This document shows positions 39,553-49,531 of a stretch of 64,000 nucleotides of DNA, in pieces; position 1 is the stretch's first letter, and each line of letters begins with the position of its first letter. The DNA is from an archaeon (GTDB lineage: Archaea; Micrarchaeota; Micrarchaeia; Anstonellales; Bilamarchaeaceae). Position numbers and translations under genes: made by a program. The notes below the pieces were generated by a model. The model was not told the DNA's origin. It did not search any database and worked only from the letters and a program-made list of their open reading frames with translations. The DNA lies in NCBI GenBank assembly GCA_020053355.1, contig JAGVNI010000007.1, positions 70,838-134,837 on the forward strand. The letters are read 5' to 3'.

Positions 39553-40839
39553 CTAGGCCCCTGCAGGTGGTTTTGATTTCATACGAAACACCAAATAAAG
39601 GCCCAAAACCAATACAATTACCCCTCCAAGTATGTAGATAAGTGGTATTCCCTGTTCCTGGGACGGCGGAGGCTGTGGATTCGTCTCGTTTCCGGTGTTA
39701 TTTACGGGGGGCGCAACGGCATATGTCGAAAATTTCCCCTCCTTCTCAGCCCGGTTGCCGGCCTTGTCCTTGACTTCCGCCCTGAACTTGACAATGCTAT
39801 CCGGGGGAAGCTTCGGGAAGTCGGCGGTGAACTTGTTCCTGCCGGTCGTATATACCACCGCGTTGCTCCACGGAGTCGTGGCATCAGAAGGCTCGAGCTT
39901 GTAATACATCTTCATGCTCGAGATGTCGAGCCCGTCCGCGAACTCGTTCGGGTCCCATACCTCTATTTGGAGCTGGTACCTGTCATTCATCGTCTGCGGG
40001 GTTATGTTGCCGAAAAGCGGGGCGTTGATGTCGTAAATGAGTTCCACAATCGGAAGCGTGGCGGGCGATATCGTCCCCTCGGTGATAATCCCGCGGTAGT
40101 TCACGGTGTACGGGACGGAGTCGCCGAACGTCTTTTCGTTCTCGAAGTGGCCATCCTGCATCTCGAACGTCTTGTTGAATATCGTCAATGTCGCCGGGAG
40201 CGGCGTGCCCGTATCGTCGCTGACATCCACGGTTATCCTATAATGGGGGAAGAGCACCTCGAATTCGGTGTCGTTGCTGATATTGATGCTGCCGGCCTGG
40301 CTTGCATCCACGTAGCTTGCGAAATACGGGTATACTCCCTCCTTTATCTCCTTGAAGTACATGCCGGAGCCATCCGTCACGCCGCTGTAATTGCCGACAT
40401 TCACAGTCGCATTCGGAAGCGCGGCCCGGAACTGGTCCCGGACGAAGAATTTGAGCGAGAAGACGTCACTCATGATTACGTCCACGGTCGGGCCATGCTT
40501 GCCGGCTTCAATCGTGACCGACTTGTCCGCGCCGCCGGCGGTGGCGTTGATTTCGATTTTGCAGTCAATCTCCCTCACATTCGTTCCCCCGTTGTAGATG
40601 TCGTAAAGGATCTGGCCGGACGCGTCGGTCTGTTTGGGGGGCGTTATGAAGTATTTGTCGCCGAAGCTCTGGCCCCGGTCGTATTTGACGATGACCGTGG
40701 CGTTGCTTACCGGCTTCAGGTTGCCGTCAAGGACGTTCACGGTGAACATGTCGTGGTATCCGGTGCAGTTCGTCTCCGCAAAAACGAGCGGAATCACTTG
40801 GATGGCCAGGATGAAAATGGCGACGTAGCGGAGGTTCAT
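39553..40839 (-). CDS. Cell-surface protein: signal peptide, beta-rich ectodomain, C-terminal TM anchor
   Basis: The N-terminus is MNLRYVAIFILAIQVIPLVFA. It has many NxS/T sequons. The C-terminus has a Pro/Gln-rich linker followed by PLIYILGGVIVLVLGLYLVF. Confidence 0.6.
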   Translation of the reverse strand: MNLRYVAIFILAIQVIPLVFAETNCTGYHDMFTVNVLDGNLKPVSNATVIVKYDRGQSFGDKYFITPPKQTDASGQILYDIYNGGTNVREIDCKIEINATAGGADKSVTIEAGKHGPTVDVIMSDVFSLKFFVRDQFRAALPNATVNVGNYSGVTDGSGMYFKEIKEGVYPYFASYVDASQAGSINISNDTEFEVLFPHYRITVDVSDDTGTPLPATLTIFNKTFEMQDGHFENEKTFGDSVPYTVNYRGIITEGTISPATLPIVELIYDINAPLFGNITPQTMNDRYQLQIEVWDPNEFADGLDISSMKMYYKLEPSDATTPWSNAVVYTTGRNKFTADFPKLPPDSIVKFRAEVKDKAGNRAEKEGKFSTYAVAPPVNNTGNETNPQPPPSQEQGIPLIYILGGVIVLVLGLYLVFRMKSKPPAGA

Positions 40840-40952
40840 GAGAGGAATTGGGCACCAAGCTTAAAAATGATATCCCAATGCCTGGCGGGAGGGAACGGGT
40901 GAAAAAGACGGAAAAGGAGGCCGGGAAAAAGGAAAAATGGAATATGCCGGGT

Positions 40953-41639
40953 TCAGAAGCGGAGAACGTACGCCTTTTCCACGTTCACGTATTTGGAGAT
41001 GTCGACTGCCCCATCTACCGCGTTCATCACGTTCGTGAAGACGATGTGGCTGGCCGATATTCCGAGGGCGAACGCCCCCCTCTCCACCGCGACGACCGGT
41101 ATAAGCGCGAGCCAGAGGGCGGGAGCTGTCGGTATGGTGTAGAGGAAGAGGACGCTTCCAACCGCATGCGCAGTGAAAGTCGAACCCAGGCTCCGGAGGA
41201 CGAGTTTGTCCGGAAGGAACTTCACCGCAATCGGTACCAGCCAATAGAGGGCGTAATACCACGCCTGCTGGCCGATGGGGTTTGCCCAGAACGCGAGCAT
41301 GGCTGCTGCCGGCACGATTATGCCGAGCTTGTCGCTTACGCCGCGCGCCCCGTTTTTCCAGAAGTAATACGCCGCGAACATCATCGGCGTCATCTTCGCC
41401 AAGTCGATTATCGCGACCGGCGAGCCCGCAACCGCGGCATTAGCCAGCTTTGCAAGTCCAACCGCCGCCACGCCGGCAACGCCGATGAAGGCGCCTGCCA
41501 CCGGGCCGAAGAACTCGAAGAGCGTGAAGCTCTTGCCGGTCACGCCGACCAGGGCGAAGACCGGCACCTGCAGCGCAATATACGCAAGCGCAGCGAAAAG
41601 GATGAGAAAAACGATTCCGCGAACAGCATTCTTGTCCAT
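40953..41639 (-). CDS. Small polytopic membrane protein, possibly an ECF-transporter S component
   Basis: 228 aa with about 6 TM helices. It lies directly upstream of and codirectional with folC. Confidence 0.4.
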   Translation of the reverse strand: MDKNAVRGIVFLILFAALAYIALQVPVFALVGVTGKSFTLFEFFGPVAGAFIGVAGVAAVGLAKLANAAVAGSPVAIIDLAKMTPMMFAAYYFWKNGARGVSDKLGIIVPAAAMLAFWANPIGQQAWYYALYWLVPIAVKFLPDKLVLRSLGSTFTAHAVGSVLFLYTIPTAPALWLALIPVVAVERGAFALGISASHIVFTNVMNAVDGAVDISKYVNVEKAYVLRF

Positions 41640-41718
41640 TTTTACCCCTCCAGCACTGGGACTGAGCTCGTCCTAAACCAGAAAGTGGGCGGTTCTGTTT
41701 TTATTATTTCCCTTTAGG

Positions 41719-42963
41719 CTAAATCGGCCTTCGCGCGGCCGCCATCGCATCGCCGAGCATGTACATGCTCCCGCATATGAGGACCATGCCCTTCTTCCCG
41801 GCCTTCCTTTTCGCCATCTGGACGCTTTTCGCGATATCCGGCACGGCCTCGGCTTCGGTATGCTTCATGGCTTCGGCTGCAATCTCTCCTGCGGATTCCG
41901 CCCGCGGATTATCCATCTGGTTTATCACCATCGAGTCGCAAAGAGGCGCGAGCATCGCAAGCATGGAGCGCCAGTCCTTGTCTTTGAGTGCGGAAAAAAC
42001 GCATACCAGCCTTTCCCTCGGGAACAAATCAAGGCTGCCGGCAAGCGTACGGATTCCATCCGGGTTGTGCGCCCCGTCCGCCACAATGAGGGGCTCGCGT
42101 CCGATGATTTGCAGCCTCCCCGGGTGCCTCGTTTTCGCGAGGCCGCCGCGTATCGCCGCTTCATCCGCGCCAAGCTCCTCGGCAACAGCGATGGCAAGTG
42201 CGGCGTTCTGAGCCTGGTGCCTTCCTGCAAGGGAAATGGAAAGCGACTGGTACCGCCCTTTACCGTAGTAATCGAAAACCGTTGAATCCATCCTGGCCTC
42301 CTTGATGGCAATCCCGATTCCGCCCGAACCCAGGCCAATCAGGGGCGCGCCGACTTCAGCGGCCCTTTTCCGGACAACTTCCAGCGCCTCGCCAACGCAT
42401 CCGGTCACGGCCGCCCCTTTCGGATTCTTGATGATGAAGGACTTGTCGGCAGCTATGTCCCGGATGCTTTTCCCGAGGTATTCCGTATGCTCGAGCGCGA
42501 CATTCGTCACCACCGCAGCGCGCTCCAATGCGATATTCGTCGCGTCATACTGCCCGCCCATCCCGATTTCCATGACCGCGTACCTGCATCCTTTATCCGC
42601 GAAATAGCGGTAAGCGATGGCCGTCAATGCCTCGAAAAGCGTCATCTTGTAGCCTTCGTCATGGAGTTTGAGCATCAAGTCCTCATAGGGCGCGAACTCG
42701 GCATCGGTTATCTCCGCCCCGTCCACCTTGAACCGCTCATTGTACCGCTCGATGTGCGGGGAGAAATACGCGCCTGTCCTGTGCCCGGCCGCGGTGAGCA
42801 TGCTGGAAAGCGCAGCCGTCACGCTTCCCTTGCCGTTGGTCCCGGTGACGAGGATGACCTCCATGCAGTCCTGCGGACGTCCCAGCGCTTCGCATATCTT
42901 CTGCGTGCGCGCAAGGCCGGGCATGATTCCGAATTTTGAAAGTTTCTCTTCCAGCCTTTTCAT
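41719..42963 (-). CDS. folC: Folylpolyglutamate synthase/dihydrofolate synthase (Mur ligase family)
   Basis: The P-loop VTGTNGKGS and Mur-ligase central and C-terminal domains. The start is taken at MKRLEEKL. Confidence 0.8.
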   Translation of the reverse strand: MKRLEEKLSKFGIMPGLARTQKICEALGRPQDCMEVILVTGTNGKGSVTAALSSMLTAAGHRTGAYFSPHIERYNERFKVDGAEITDAEFAPYEDLMLKLHDEGYKMTLFEALTAIAYRYFADKGCRYAVMEIGMGGQYDATNIALERAAVVTNVALEHTEYLGKSIRDIAADKSFIIKNPKGAAVTGCVGEALEVVRKRAAEVGAPLIGLGSGGIGIAIKEARMDSTVFDYYGKGRYQSLSISLAGRHQAQNAALAIAVAEELGADEAAIRGGLAKTRHPGRLQIIGREPLIVADGAHNPDGIRTLAGSLDLFPRERLVCVFSALKDKDWRSMLAMLAPLCDSMVINQMDNPRAESAGEIAAEAMKHTEAEAVPDIAKSVQMAKRKAGKKGMVLICGSMYMLGDAMAAARRPI

Positions 42964-42998
42964 GCTTCGCCCCCTGACATTTCCGGTCGTAAAATTAA

Positions 42999-44183
42999 TC
43001 AAAGCGTCGTCTGCCTGCTTGAGAGCATTTCCCGCATGAGGACGCCCTGCTCCATGAACCGCGAGAGCGGCAGGCGCAGCCTTGTGGACACATAGTTCAG
43101 CGAATCCCTGAAAGAGAGGAATTCCCTATGCGGCTGCAAAAGGGCGTTGCGGACATTCTCCCTGACGTTGAAAACGCCGAGCGGCACGTATCCCTCATAA
43201 GCCTCGCGCAGGACGATGGCCCCGGCCTGTTTCCCCATCCTCTTCATGGCTTCCAGTACTGCGAACTTGCAGCTGTAATAGCATCCGCCGACGGATGAAT
43301 ATCCGCTTTTCGGCCGCAGGGACTCATGGTCCGCGAAAATCATCTCCTCCTTCCCCATGATATGTATGAACGCCTCAATCCATTCGTACTGCCACGGCGT
43401 GGGGGTGAGTATGACCGAATAGTAATTGTTGAGGCTGGCAAACTCATATACGTGGAACGAGTCGATGACGTCCAGATGCCTTACCTCATCGTAAAGGTGG
43501 TCGGCGAGCGCGCTGTCCACCGCGGTGATGGACCATCTCGTAGGGACGAGCTTGCGGTTCTTGCGAAGGCCCATCGTCCCTGTGGAAAATGCCTTCTGTA
43601 TCTGGGAGAAGAGGACGCCTTCATGGAAGGCATCCGCAACAGCGTCTGCCGCCAACAGGTCCGTATCGTAAAATGATTTCTCGAGGTTTCGCTCCCACCG
43701 GACATTCCCGATGTCGAAGCGCTCGATGGAGCCGCTCGGCCCGAAAGGCTGGTGGTCCTCGTTGAACGTGAACCCGCGCGGCTTGTGGCGGAACTGCGCC
43801 TCGCTGTCAACGCTGTCCCTGGCAAGGGAAATCTCCTGGAGCTTGCCGACAAGCCGGTTGTCCAGCTCCTTTATGCCGACCCGGTGTTTTCCCCGGACCA
43901 AATCCAGCCTGAAGCGGATGATATCCTCCTGGCTTTTTTTGCCGGGAATCCAGGTCTCCGGTGTGTCAAGGATGGCCGTGTCGCCTTCGTAAGGCGCAAT
44001 CATCGGCCCGACATCCACCCTGGGGTATCCGTAATTGCCGATGAAAACCGATGGCGGCGAGCTGCCGTCAAGCCTTTCCCCGACCTCGACCGTTCGCCAC
44101 TGCTGGACGTTCGTCGTGATTTTCTTGAGGTAGGCGCCCTTTCCCATGCCCATAATCGTTCCCACTCGCCCTGGCTGTCTCAT
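42999..44183 (-). CDS. NreA-like (COG1602) archaeal DNA repair-associated protein
   Basis: [18 protein letters not shown] resembles the conserved Nre motif. It lacks an N-terminal zinc ribbon. Confidence 0.45.
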   Translation of the reverse strand: MRQPGRVGTIMGMGKGAYLKKITTNVQQWRTVEVGERLDGSSPPSVFIGNYGYPRVDVGPMIAPYEGDTAILDTPETWIPGKKSQEDIIRFRLDLVRGKHRVGIKELDNRLVGKLQEISLARDSVDSEAQFRHKPRGFTFNEDHQPFGPSGSIERFDIGNVRWERNLEKSFYDTDLLAADAVADAFHEGVLFSQIQKAFSTGTMGLRKNRKLVPTRWSITAVDSALADHLYDEVRHLDVIDSFHVYEFASLNNYYSVILTPTPWQYEWIEAFIHIMGKEEMIFADHESLRPKSGYSSVGGCYYSCKFAVLEAMKRMGKQAGAIVLREAYEGYVPLGVFNVRENVRNALLQPHREFLSFRDSLNYVSTRLRLPLSRFMEQGVLMREMLSSRQTTL

Positions 44184-44262
44184 CTCCAGCTATTCTAACC
44201 CGTTCCTGGTATAAAAACAAGAGTGGGGCTCATTTCCGCCCCCCATAATATTTCCGCCCAAA

Positions 44263-46551
44263 TCACTCAAGCGGATAAATCGCGACGCCCTGCCTGCTCA
44301 CCGCAATCGAGCCTTCATACGGCTCATTGAGGACCAGGTAGACTTCCTTCTCCTTGCCCCGCATGAGCGCCACATGCGGCTTCAATGCCACATAGCCCGT
44401 GTTCTTCGCGTCCACAAAATAGAGGTACCTCGTCTTTCCCTCCGGGAACATGTCGAGAAGCGGCTTGCGCTGCTCAGGGTCCGGCGGAAGCACTATCATG
44501 GGCTTCGTCCTTGCCTCTTTCCGCTCTGCCGCCTTCTGCCTGATGTCTGAGAGAGCGTCCCTGATTTTGCCCTGCCTCGGATGCACCCTCACCGCTTCAT
44601 TCTCGAGCGATGATGCCTGCGCTTCAGGGTGCTGGTATTTGAGGCTCACATAGAAATTCCCATCAAGCGATATCAGCGGAGAGATTCCGGTCAATTCAAT
44701 CTCCCGGCATGATACGACTGTCAGGAAATTCAGCGTATCGCTGTCCATCAAGGACATCTTTTCAGCGAGCGGGTAAAGCCATCTCTTCTCCCCGGATTTC
44801 CCATACAGCCTCTTTATCGCGGCCCGTTCGCTCTCACGGGGGGTAATCACCGCACCGGTCTCAAGGAGCGGCGGGCCTTTCGGGCCGTGGAAGGCGGCCT
44901 CGAAGCCGTAATCTGAATCCATCATCTCGTGCCCCGTTTCGCTTCCGGGCCATATGCCCAGCCATTCTCCCTTGCGCGAAGCGATGCGCACGTTCGGGTA
45001 CATGAACGTGATTTCCTGCCACTCGGCGACAGTCCCGATTTCCATCACGAAATATTCCTTCTTCCCGAGCGTCATCCTCGGGATGCGGCCTCCGTTGAGG
45101 CTCTGCATAATCGAGCTTTCAAGTTCAGTTTGCCCCTTGTCCTCGGGAACCGGGTGTATGAACACCGGCTTGCCTTCCGGAAGGAGCGCGGAATACTTGA
45201 AAAGCTCCTCTTCGGTCAGGAACCTCGTCTTCGTGCTGATTGACCATTCGCCGGTCTGGGGCTGGCTGAGGTCAATCCCTCCGCTCACTTCCCCAAGGAA
45301 CTCGTAATCGGTCGAACTCTCTGGCCAGATGTGCAGCAGGCAGCCGGTCCTCGCGACCCTTTTCGCACCGGCAAACGGCGCATCGACGACATAATACTCG
45401 CGGCCATTGAACTCCCGCCTCGTCTCTTTCGCGAACTGCGCGAGAATCCCTATATCCCCTTTCTCCAAGCTGTCCCGCCTGGGCACCGGAAGCACCCATT
45501 TGGTCTCCTTTTCCGGGAAGTCCTTCTCGCAGGCTTCCTGCTCCCTGCCGCTCAGCCTGTATTCAGCATGCTTGTCTTCCCACGGGAGGCCGAACACCAA
45601 TTCAATCGATATGCTCGTCTCTTCCGGCTCGATGATTTCCGGGTCTAGGAAAACGAAAGGTACTGATTGCGGAGCTGCGGTTCCAGGCCCTGCCTGCGCG
45701 GGCGACTCTTCGCCTTCTGGCTGGCCGTATGTGGAAAGCAGGGATTCTCCGGCTTCCGCCGCGTCTCCCTGTCCGGACCCCTGGAGGCCTTCTTCGACAA
45801 GTTTCCGAAGATTCCGCTCAAGGCTTTCCCCTTCCCTTGCCTCATCCTCTTTGGCAGCCGCCTCATCGGCGATGCGTTCCTCTTCCACTTCCTGGACTCT
45901 CTGAAGGGACAATTCCACGCTGCTCTCCTGCGGCCTTGGCTGTACCGGTGCCACCTTGGGGGCAAGTGCTGACAATCTAGCCGCCTCTGCGGCTTCCTTC
46001 TGCTTTGCCGCCGCATCCTCTGCGACGCGTTGCTGCTCGATTTCAAGGAGCTCGGCAAGCGACCTGCTCACGCTGGATTCGCGGTCCCTCTCCTCAGGTT
46101 CGGCAGCTGGTGCCGGCGTCTTCTTGCCGGTGGCTGCCGCAATCAGTTCAGGCAATGAGAATGCCACGCTTTCCGGAGACGGCCTTGGAGGCTCGCTTTG
46201 CGCTTCCTGCGGCGCAGCCGGTGCGGATTTCGGCGGCAATGATGCCGGCCTCTCCCTTTTCGGCGGTGGCGCCATCATGGGCGGCCTCGGTACGCCGCTT
46301 GCCGGCAGCCCCGGCCTCGTGTCTTCGAATATCTCCACGCCTTCGTCGCCAAGGTCAAGCTCGACTGTTGCCTCGCGCCTCCTCGCCGAGGGCGGGGGCG
46401 GCGGCGCCCGTGATGGCTTCCTCTCTGTAAGCAGTATCGGTTCTTCCTCGGCTTTGCGGGCCTTCCTGAAATAAGGGTGCGGCCCGTCGATTATCGGCAG
46501 CCCCATCCTTCCGCTGACGGTCCCACCCAGTCTTTTCTGCCAGTTCATCAA
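44263..46551 (-). CDS. Large hypothetical protein with a Pro/Ala/Glu-rich low-complexity N-terminal half
   Basis: 762 aa. Roughly residues 40-300 are PAPE-rich and repetitive. The C-terminal 450 aa are globular. Confidence 0.55.
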   Translation of the reverse strand: MMNWQKRLGGTVSGRMGLPIIDGPHPYFRKARKAEEEPILLTERKPSRAPPPPPSARRREATVELDLGDEGVEIFEDTRPGLPASGVPRPPMMAPPPKRERPASLPPKSAPAAPQEAQSEPPRPSPESVAFSLPELIAAATGKKTPAPAAEPEERDRESSVSRSLAELLEIEQQRVAEDAAAKQKEAAEAARLSALAPKVAPVQPRPQESSVELSLQRVQEVEEERIADEAAAKEDEAREGESLERNLRKLVEEGLQGSGQGDAAEAGESLLSTYGQPEGEESPAQAGPGTAAPQSVPFVFLDPEIIEPEETSISIELVFGLPWEDKHAEYRLSGREQEACEKDFPEKETKWVLPVPRRDSLEKGDIGILAQFAKETRREFNGREYYVVDAPFAGAKRVARTGCLLHIWPESSTDYEFLGEVSGGIDLSQPQTGEWSISTKTRFLTEEELFKYSALLPEGKPVFIHPVPEDKGQTELESSIMQSLNGGRIPRMTLGKKEYFVMEIGTVAEWQEITFMYPNVRIASRKGEWLGIWPGSETGHEMMDSDYGFEAAFHGPKGPPLLETGAVITPRESERAAIKRLYGKSGEKRWLYPLAEKMSLMDSDTLNFLTVVSCREIELTGISPLISLDGNFYVSLKYQHPEAQASSLENEAVRVHPRQGKIRDALSDIRQKAAERKEARTKPMIVLPPDPEQRKPLLDMFPEGKTRYLYFVDAKNTGYVALKPHVALMRGKEKEVYLVLNEPYEGSIAVSRQGVAIYPLE

Positions 46552-46705
46552 CTGATATGTATCTCGGAAACACTTTATAAATGTTTATTTTTATGGTCAA
46601 ATGTAATTTTCCATACCCCCCCTGCAAGGCCGACATGCCGCGCGCACATGGCTTGCGATATGATTTAATTACTTTATGCCCATCAGATTGCTCACTACTT
46701 TGACT

Positions 46706-46776
46706 GCGACCGTAGTCTATCGGTATGATTCGAGGTTGCCAATCTCGCGGGCCGGGTTCAATTCCCGGCGGTCGCA
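46706..46776 (+). tRNA. tRNA-Gly (anticodon GCC)
   Basis: The acceptor stem is GCGACCG/CGGTCGC with discriminator A. The D-loop has GG. The anticodon stem is CGAGG/TCTCG with loop TTGCCAA. The T arm is CCGGG-TTCAATT-CCCGG. A T-run follows. Confidence 0.6.
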
Positions 46777-46778
46777 AA

Positions 46779-46785
46779 TTTTTTT
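46779..46785 (+). terminator. Oligo-T terminator after the tRNA
   Basis: TTTTTTT immediately 3' of the tRNA. Confidence 0.4.
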
Positions 46786-46818
46786 AATAAAAATTTGGGT
46801 CCCCCGGGAATTGATGAG

Positions 46819-46836
46819 CAATTCCCGGCGGTCGCA
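46819..46836 (+). repeat. Direct repeat of the tRNA-Gly 3' end (CAATTCCCGGCGGTCGCA), copy 2
   Basis: An exact 18-nt match to 46759-46776. Confidence 0.6.
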
Positions 46837-46934
46837 TTCCCATTACTTTTGTCTTCAGCTTCTCACCGGGCAAAAGTAAAGGGATTGGTCAAAAGCCCTG
46901 AGGTTTACTCCGGCCGGAATTGTGTGGTTCCCTT

Positions 46935-46952
46935 CAATTCCCGACGGTCGCA
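46935..46952 (+). repeat. Direct repeat of the tRNA-Gly 3' end, copy 3 (1 mismatch)
   Basis: CAATTCCCGACGGTCGCA, followed by a T-run. The T-stem is disrupted, so it is not a functional tRNA half. Confidence 0.55.
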
Positions 46953-47123
46953 TTTTTTCCGCAGAAAAAATGGGACACGGGAAGCGCCGCTTCCCTCTGT
47001 CGCATTTTTGTTCACTTGCCTCGCGCATAGCGCTCGGCGTGAACACGGTTTATTACCTAGACGGCTTATTAGATCCGCTCTTCTAATCGAGGCTTATTCC
47101 TAATTCTCTTGGCTATCGTGCAC

Positions 47124-47735
47124 TCAGTAATTGCCGATGACCTGCCTCAGCGCATCGACGGCTTCTGCCACGGTCTGGAATATCCCGATTGGCTTTTGCG
47201 AGCGGTCGCTCACTGAAATCGGGAGCTCGCGGCGGACCTTCTCCTCCTCATCCGGCTCGATGACGATTCCTCTATCGAGCGAGCTGGGCCTGATTGTAAA
47301 CACGCCATTTGTCAAGAAGTTTCCAATCCGGAGCTTCGTGAACCTGGCCTCCCCGCCTATATCGAGTGTGAGCATTCCTGAAAGCGACCTGCTTGTGTTC
47401 CTGAGCTTGACCGCGGCGATGCACCCTTCCACCACGTTCCTTGGGGACACCACATCACCCATGCCGGAAAGCACGAACACGCCGTTGGCGAACATGAAAT
47501 CAGCGACGATGTCAATCCTCCGCAGTTCAGGATTGGCCTTGAAGATGTTGGCGTTGCCTTCCTCCCAGTTATCGCGGTCCTTGCCATACCTGCCATACCT
47601 ATGGTCGTAATAGTCCGTGAGCCCCTTCTCTTCAAGAAGGCCCCTCGTCCGGAAGACGCGCCTGAACTCGCGCTTCGATTCGGCCCTTGCCGTCTCCTCC
47701 GGTCCGCGAAGCAGAATCCTGTCGATTAGTGCCAT
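47124..47735 (-). CDS. Hypothetical protein (203 aa)
   Basis: Complete ORF with native composition. No family recognised. Confidence 0.5.
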   Translation of the reverse strand: MALIDRILLRGPEETARAESKREFRRVFRTRGLLEEKGLTDYYDHRYGRYGKDRDNWEEGNANIFKANPELRRIDIVADFMFANGVFVLSGMGDVVSPRNVVEGCIAAVKLRNTSRSLSGMLTLDIGGEARFTKLRIGNFLTNGVFTIRPSSLDRGIVIEPDEEEKVRRELPISVSDRSQKPIGIFQTVAEAVDALRQVIGNY

Positions 47736-47863
47736 ACAATCAATTAAGATATTGTGTCAATCTATATAAAAAACTGCTTAATCTGCCAGCCCCAGGAAAC
47801 CAATTCGTCATCCGCCGTTTGCCCGGCCGATAGCTTTTAAACACATGTCCCCACAGTGGATTC

Positions 47864-48661
47864 ATGTCCGAACTGGCAGAGGAGATGCTAAAGAACCTGG
47901 AAGTCTGGGAAGTCAAGAATCTTCTTTCGCACGAGCAGGTCATCTCCCAAAACCTGAAAAGGCTCAAGGAGGCCATGCTGAACATCGGCCATCTGGTAGA
48001 CCCTCTGATTGTGGACAAGAACACCGGCGTAGTGCTGGATGGCAACCACCGCCTCAAAGTCCTTGAAATCATAGAATGCCCGCATGCGACCGTGCAGGCG
48101 CTCGATTATTCCAGCGATGAAATCGGCCTGGGGACGTGGTATCCGACCGTGTCATTGACATCCGACGAAATATTCCACCTGGACTCCCTCAAGCACGAGA
48201 AAGTCGATTATGAGGCGGGAAAGGCGGCCGTCGACAGCCTCAAGGCGCCGTTCATGCTGATGGGGAAAGACAAGGAGTACCACCTGATAAACCCCGGCTC
48301 GTACAAGCTCATGGAGATGGTGGAAGAGCAGAACTACGTATTCTCGCTCCTTGAGAAAGGCACGGTCGATTACATCCCGGACGAGGAGGTGGACAAGTCC
48401 CTCTCGCTCAAGAAATCGGTCTTCTACCGGCGCGCATATAAAAAAGAGGAAGTCGTGAAAGCCGCCCAGGCCCACACCCCGTTCCCGCCGAAATCGACAA
48501 GGCACAAGATTCCCGGGCGCATAATCCGGCTGAACATGAAGCTCGGATGGCTGCACCGCTCGCGCGACGAGGCTTCCACAGAACTCACGCGCATGCTCAC
48601 AAGCCGCGTCTATGGCGGGAACGTCCGGAAATACTACGAGCCCGTCATCGTGATATACTGA
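47864..48661 (+). CDS. ParB/sulfiredoxin-like nuclease-domain protein
   Basis: LIVDKNTGVVLDGNHRLKVL matches the ParB N-terminal domain motif (DGxHR). Confidence 0.5.
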   Translation: MSELAEEMLKNLEVWEVKNLLSHEQVISQNLKRLKEAMLNIGHLVDPLIVDKNTGVVLDGNHRLKVLEIIECPHATVQALDYSSDEIGLGTWYPTVSLTSDEIFHLDSLKHEKVDYEAGKAAVDSLKAPFMLMGKDKEYHLINPGSYKLMEMVEEQNYVFSLLEKGTVDYIPDEEVDKSLSLKKSVFYRRAYKKEEVVKAAQAHTPFPPKSTRHKIPGRIIRLNMKLGWLHRSRDEASTELTRMLTSRVYGGNVRKYYEPVIVIY

Positions 48662-48673
48662 TTAATAAAAAAA

Positions 48674-48979
48674 TCAGATGTTGAACGGGTCGTAGATGAT
48701 GTTGCCCAGGGCGGCATCCCTCCTAGGGGGCGGCGCCCGGATTAAGGCATTGTCTATTACCTGCCTGTCGAATCCCACTATTATCCTCCCGTTTATCTGG
48801 AGGACCGGAACAGCCCCCTGGCCGGACTTCGCAATCATCTCCTCCGCCCTTTGCCTGTCCTTGGAGACGTCGTAGTCGGTGAACTTCACTCCCTTGCCGC
48901 CAAGGTACGATTTCGCCATCGTGCAGTATGGGCAGTTCGGCGTCGAATATACTATGACCTCGGGATCCTTCTTTTTCAT
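48674..48979 (-). CDS. Glutaredoxin/NrdH-like thioredoxin-fold protein
   Basis: The start is taken at MKKKDPEVIVYSTPNCPYC, with the CPYC active site. The listed ORF has a spurious N-terminal extension. Confidence 0.7.
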   Translation of the reverse strand: MKKKDPEVIVYSTPNCPYCTMAKSYLGGKGVKFTDYDVSKDRQRAEEMIAKSGQGAVPVLQINGRIIVGFDRQVIDNALIRAPPPRRDAALGNIIYDPFNI

Positions 48980-49106
48980 CGCCTCGGTTTTCTTCTTCCT
49001 TATCTCATCGATTCCGGGTTCGCTGGCAACCATCAATATCACCTGTGCAAACATTTTGCACAAACGTTTTATAAAAAGAACCAAGTAATGCCTTAATGGA
49101 AAAAAA

Positions 49107-49472
49107 TTGCACAGATGGTTTTTTATGGGAATTGACATGACGTGCATCGACCTTTCGGCCGCGGACCTCCTCCGCTGCTCGTTCGGCCTCTCGAAACGCG
49201 AGGTGGCGGTGCTCCTGCGGATGCTGGATATGAAGGGCTGGATGCCGGTATCGGGAATAGCCGCAGAGTCGCGCCGGGACCGCTCGGTGGTGCAGCGCGC
49301 CCTTTTTTCCCTGATTCAAAAAGGCATCGTGGAGCGCAGCCAGCGCAACCGGGCCGGGGGCGGGTACGAATACCTCTACCGCGCCCGGGACAAGTCCGCC
49401 CTGAAAAGGGCGATATTGGATAAGAGCAGGGTGTTCTGCCGGATGGTGGCGGGGCAGGTCCGGCAATGGTAA
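49107..49472 (+). CDS. Winged-helix transcriptional regulator (TrmB/MarR-like)
   Basis: The wHTH segment is LSKREVAVLLRMLDMKGWMPVSGIAAESRRDRSVVQRALFSLIQKGIVER. Confidence 0.55.
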   Translation: MHRWFFMGIDMTCIDLSAADLLRCSFGLSKREVAVLLRMLDMKGWMPVSGIAAESRRDRSVVQRALFSLIQKGIVERSQRNRAGGGYEYLYRARDKSALKRAILDKSRVFCRMVAGQVRQW

Positions 49473-49531
49473 GTATTTTATTTTTCAGGTTTGATAATCA
49501 GCCAGTAGCCCAAGTATAAGCAATCAGTCTA

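Noticed and set aside
46676-47103. ORFs 46676..46879 and 46795..47103 spanning the tRNA and its repeat copies.
   Set aside because: They overlap a tRNA gene and the att-like repeats, and their products are low-complexity.
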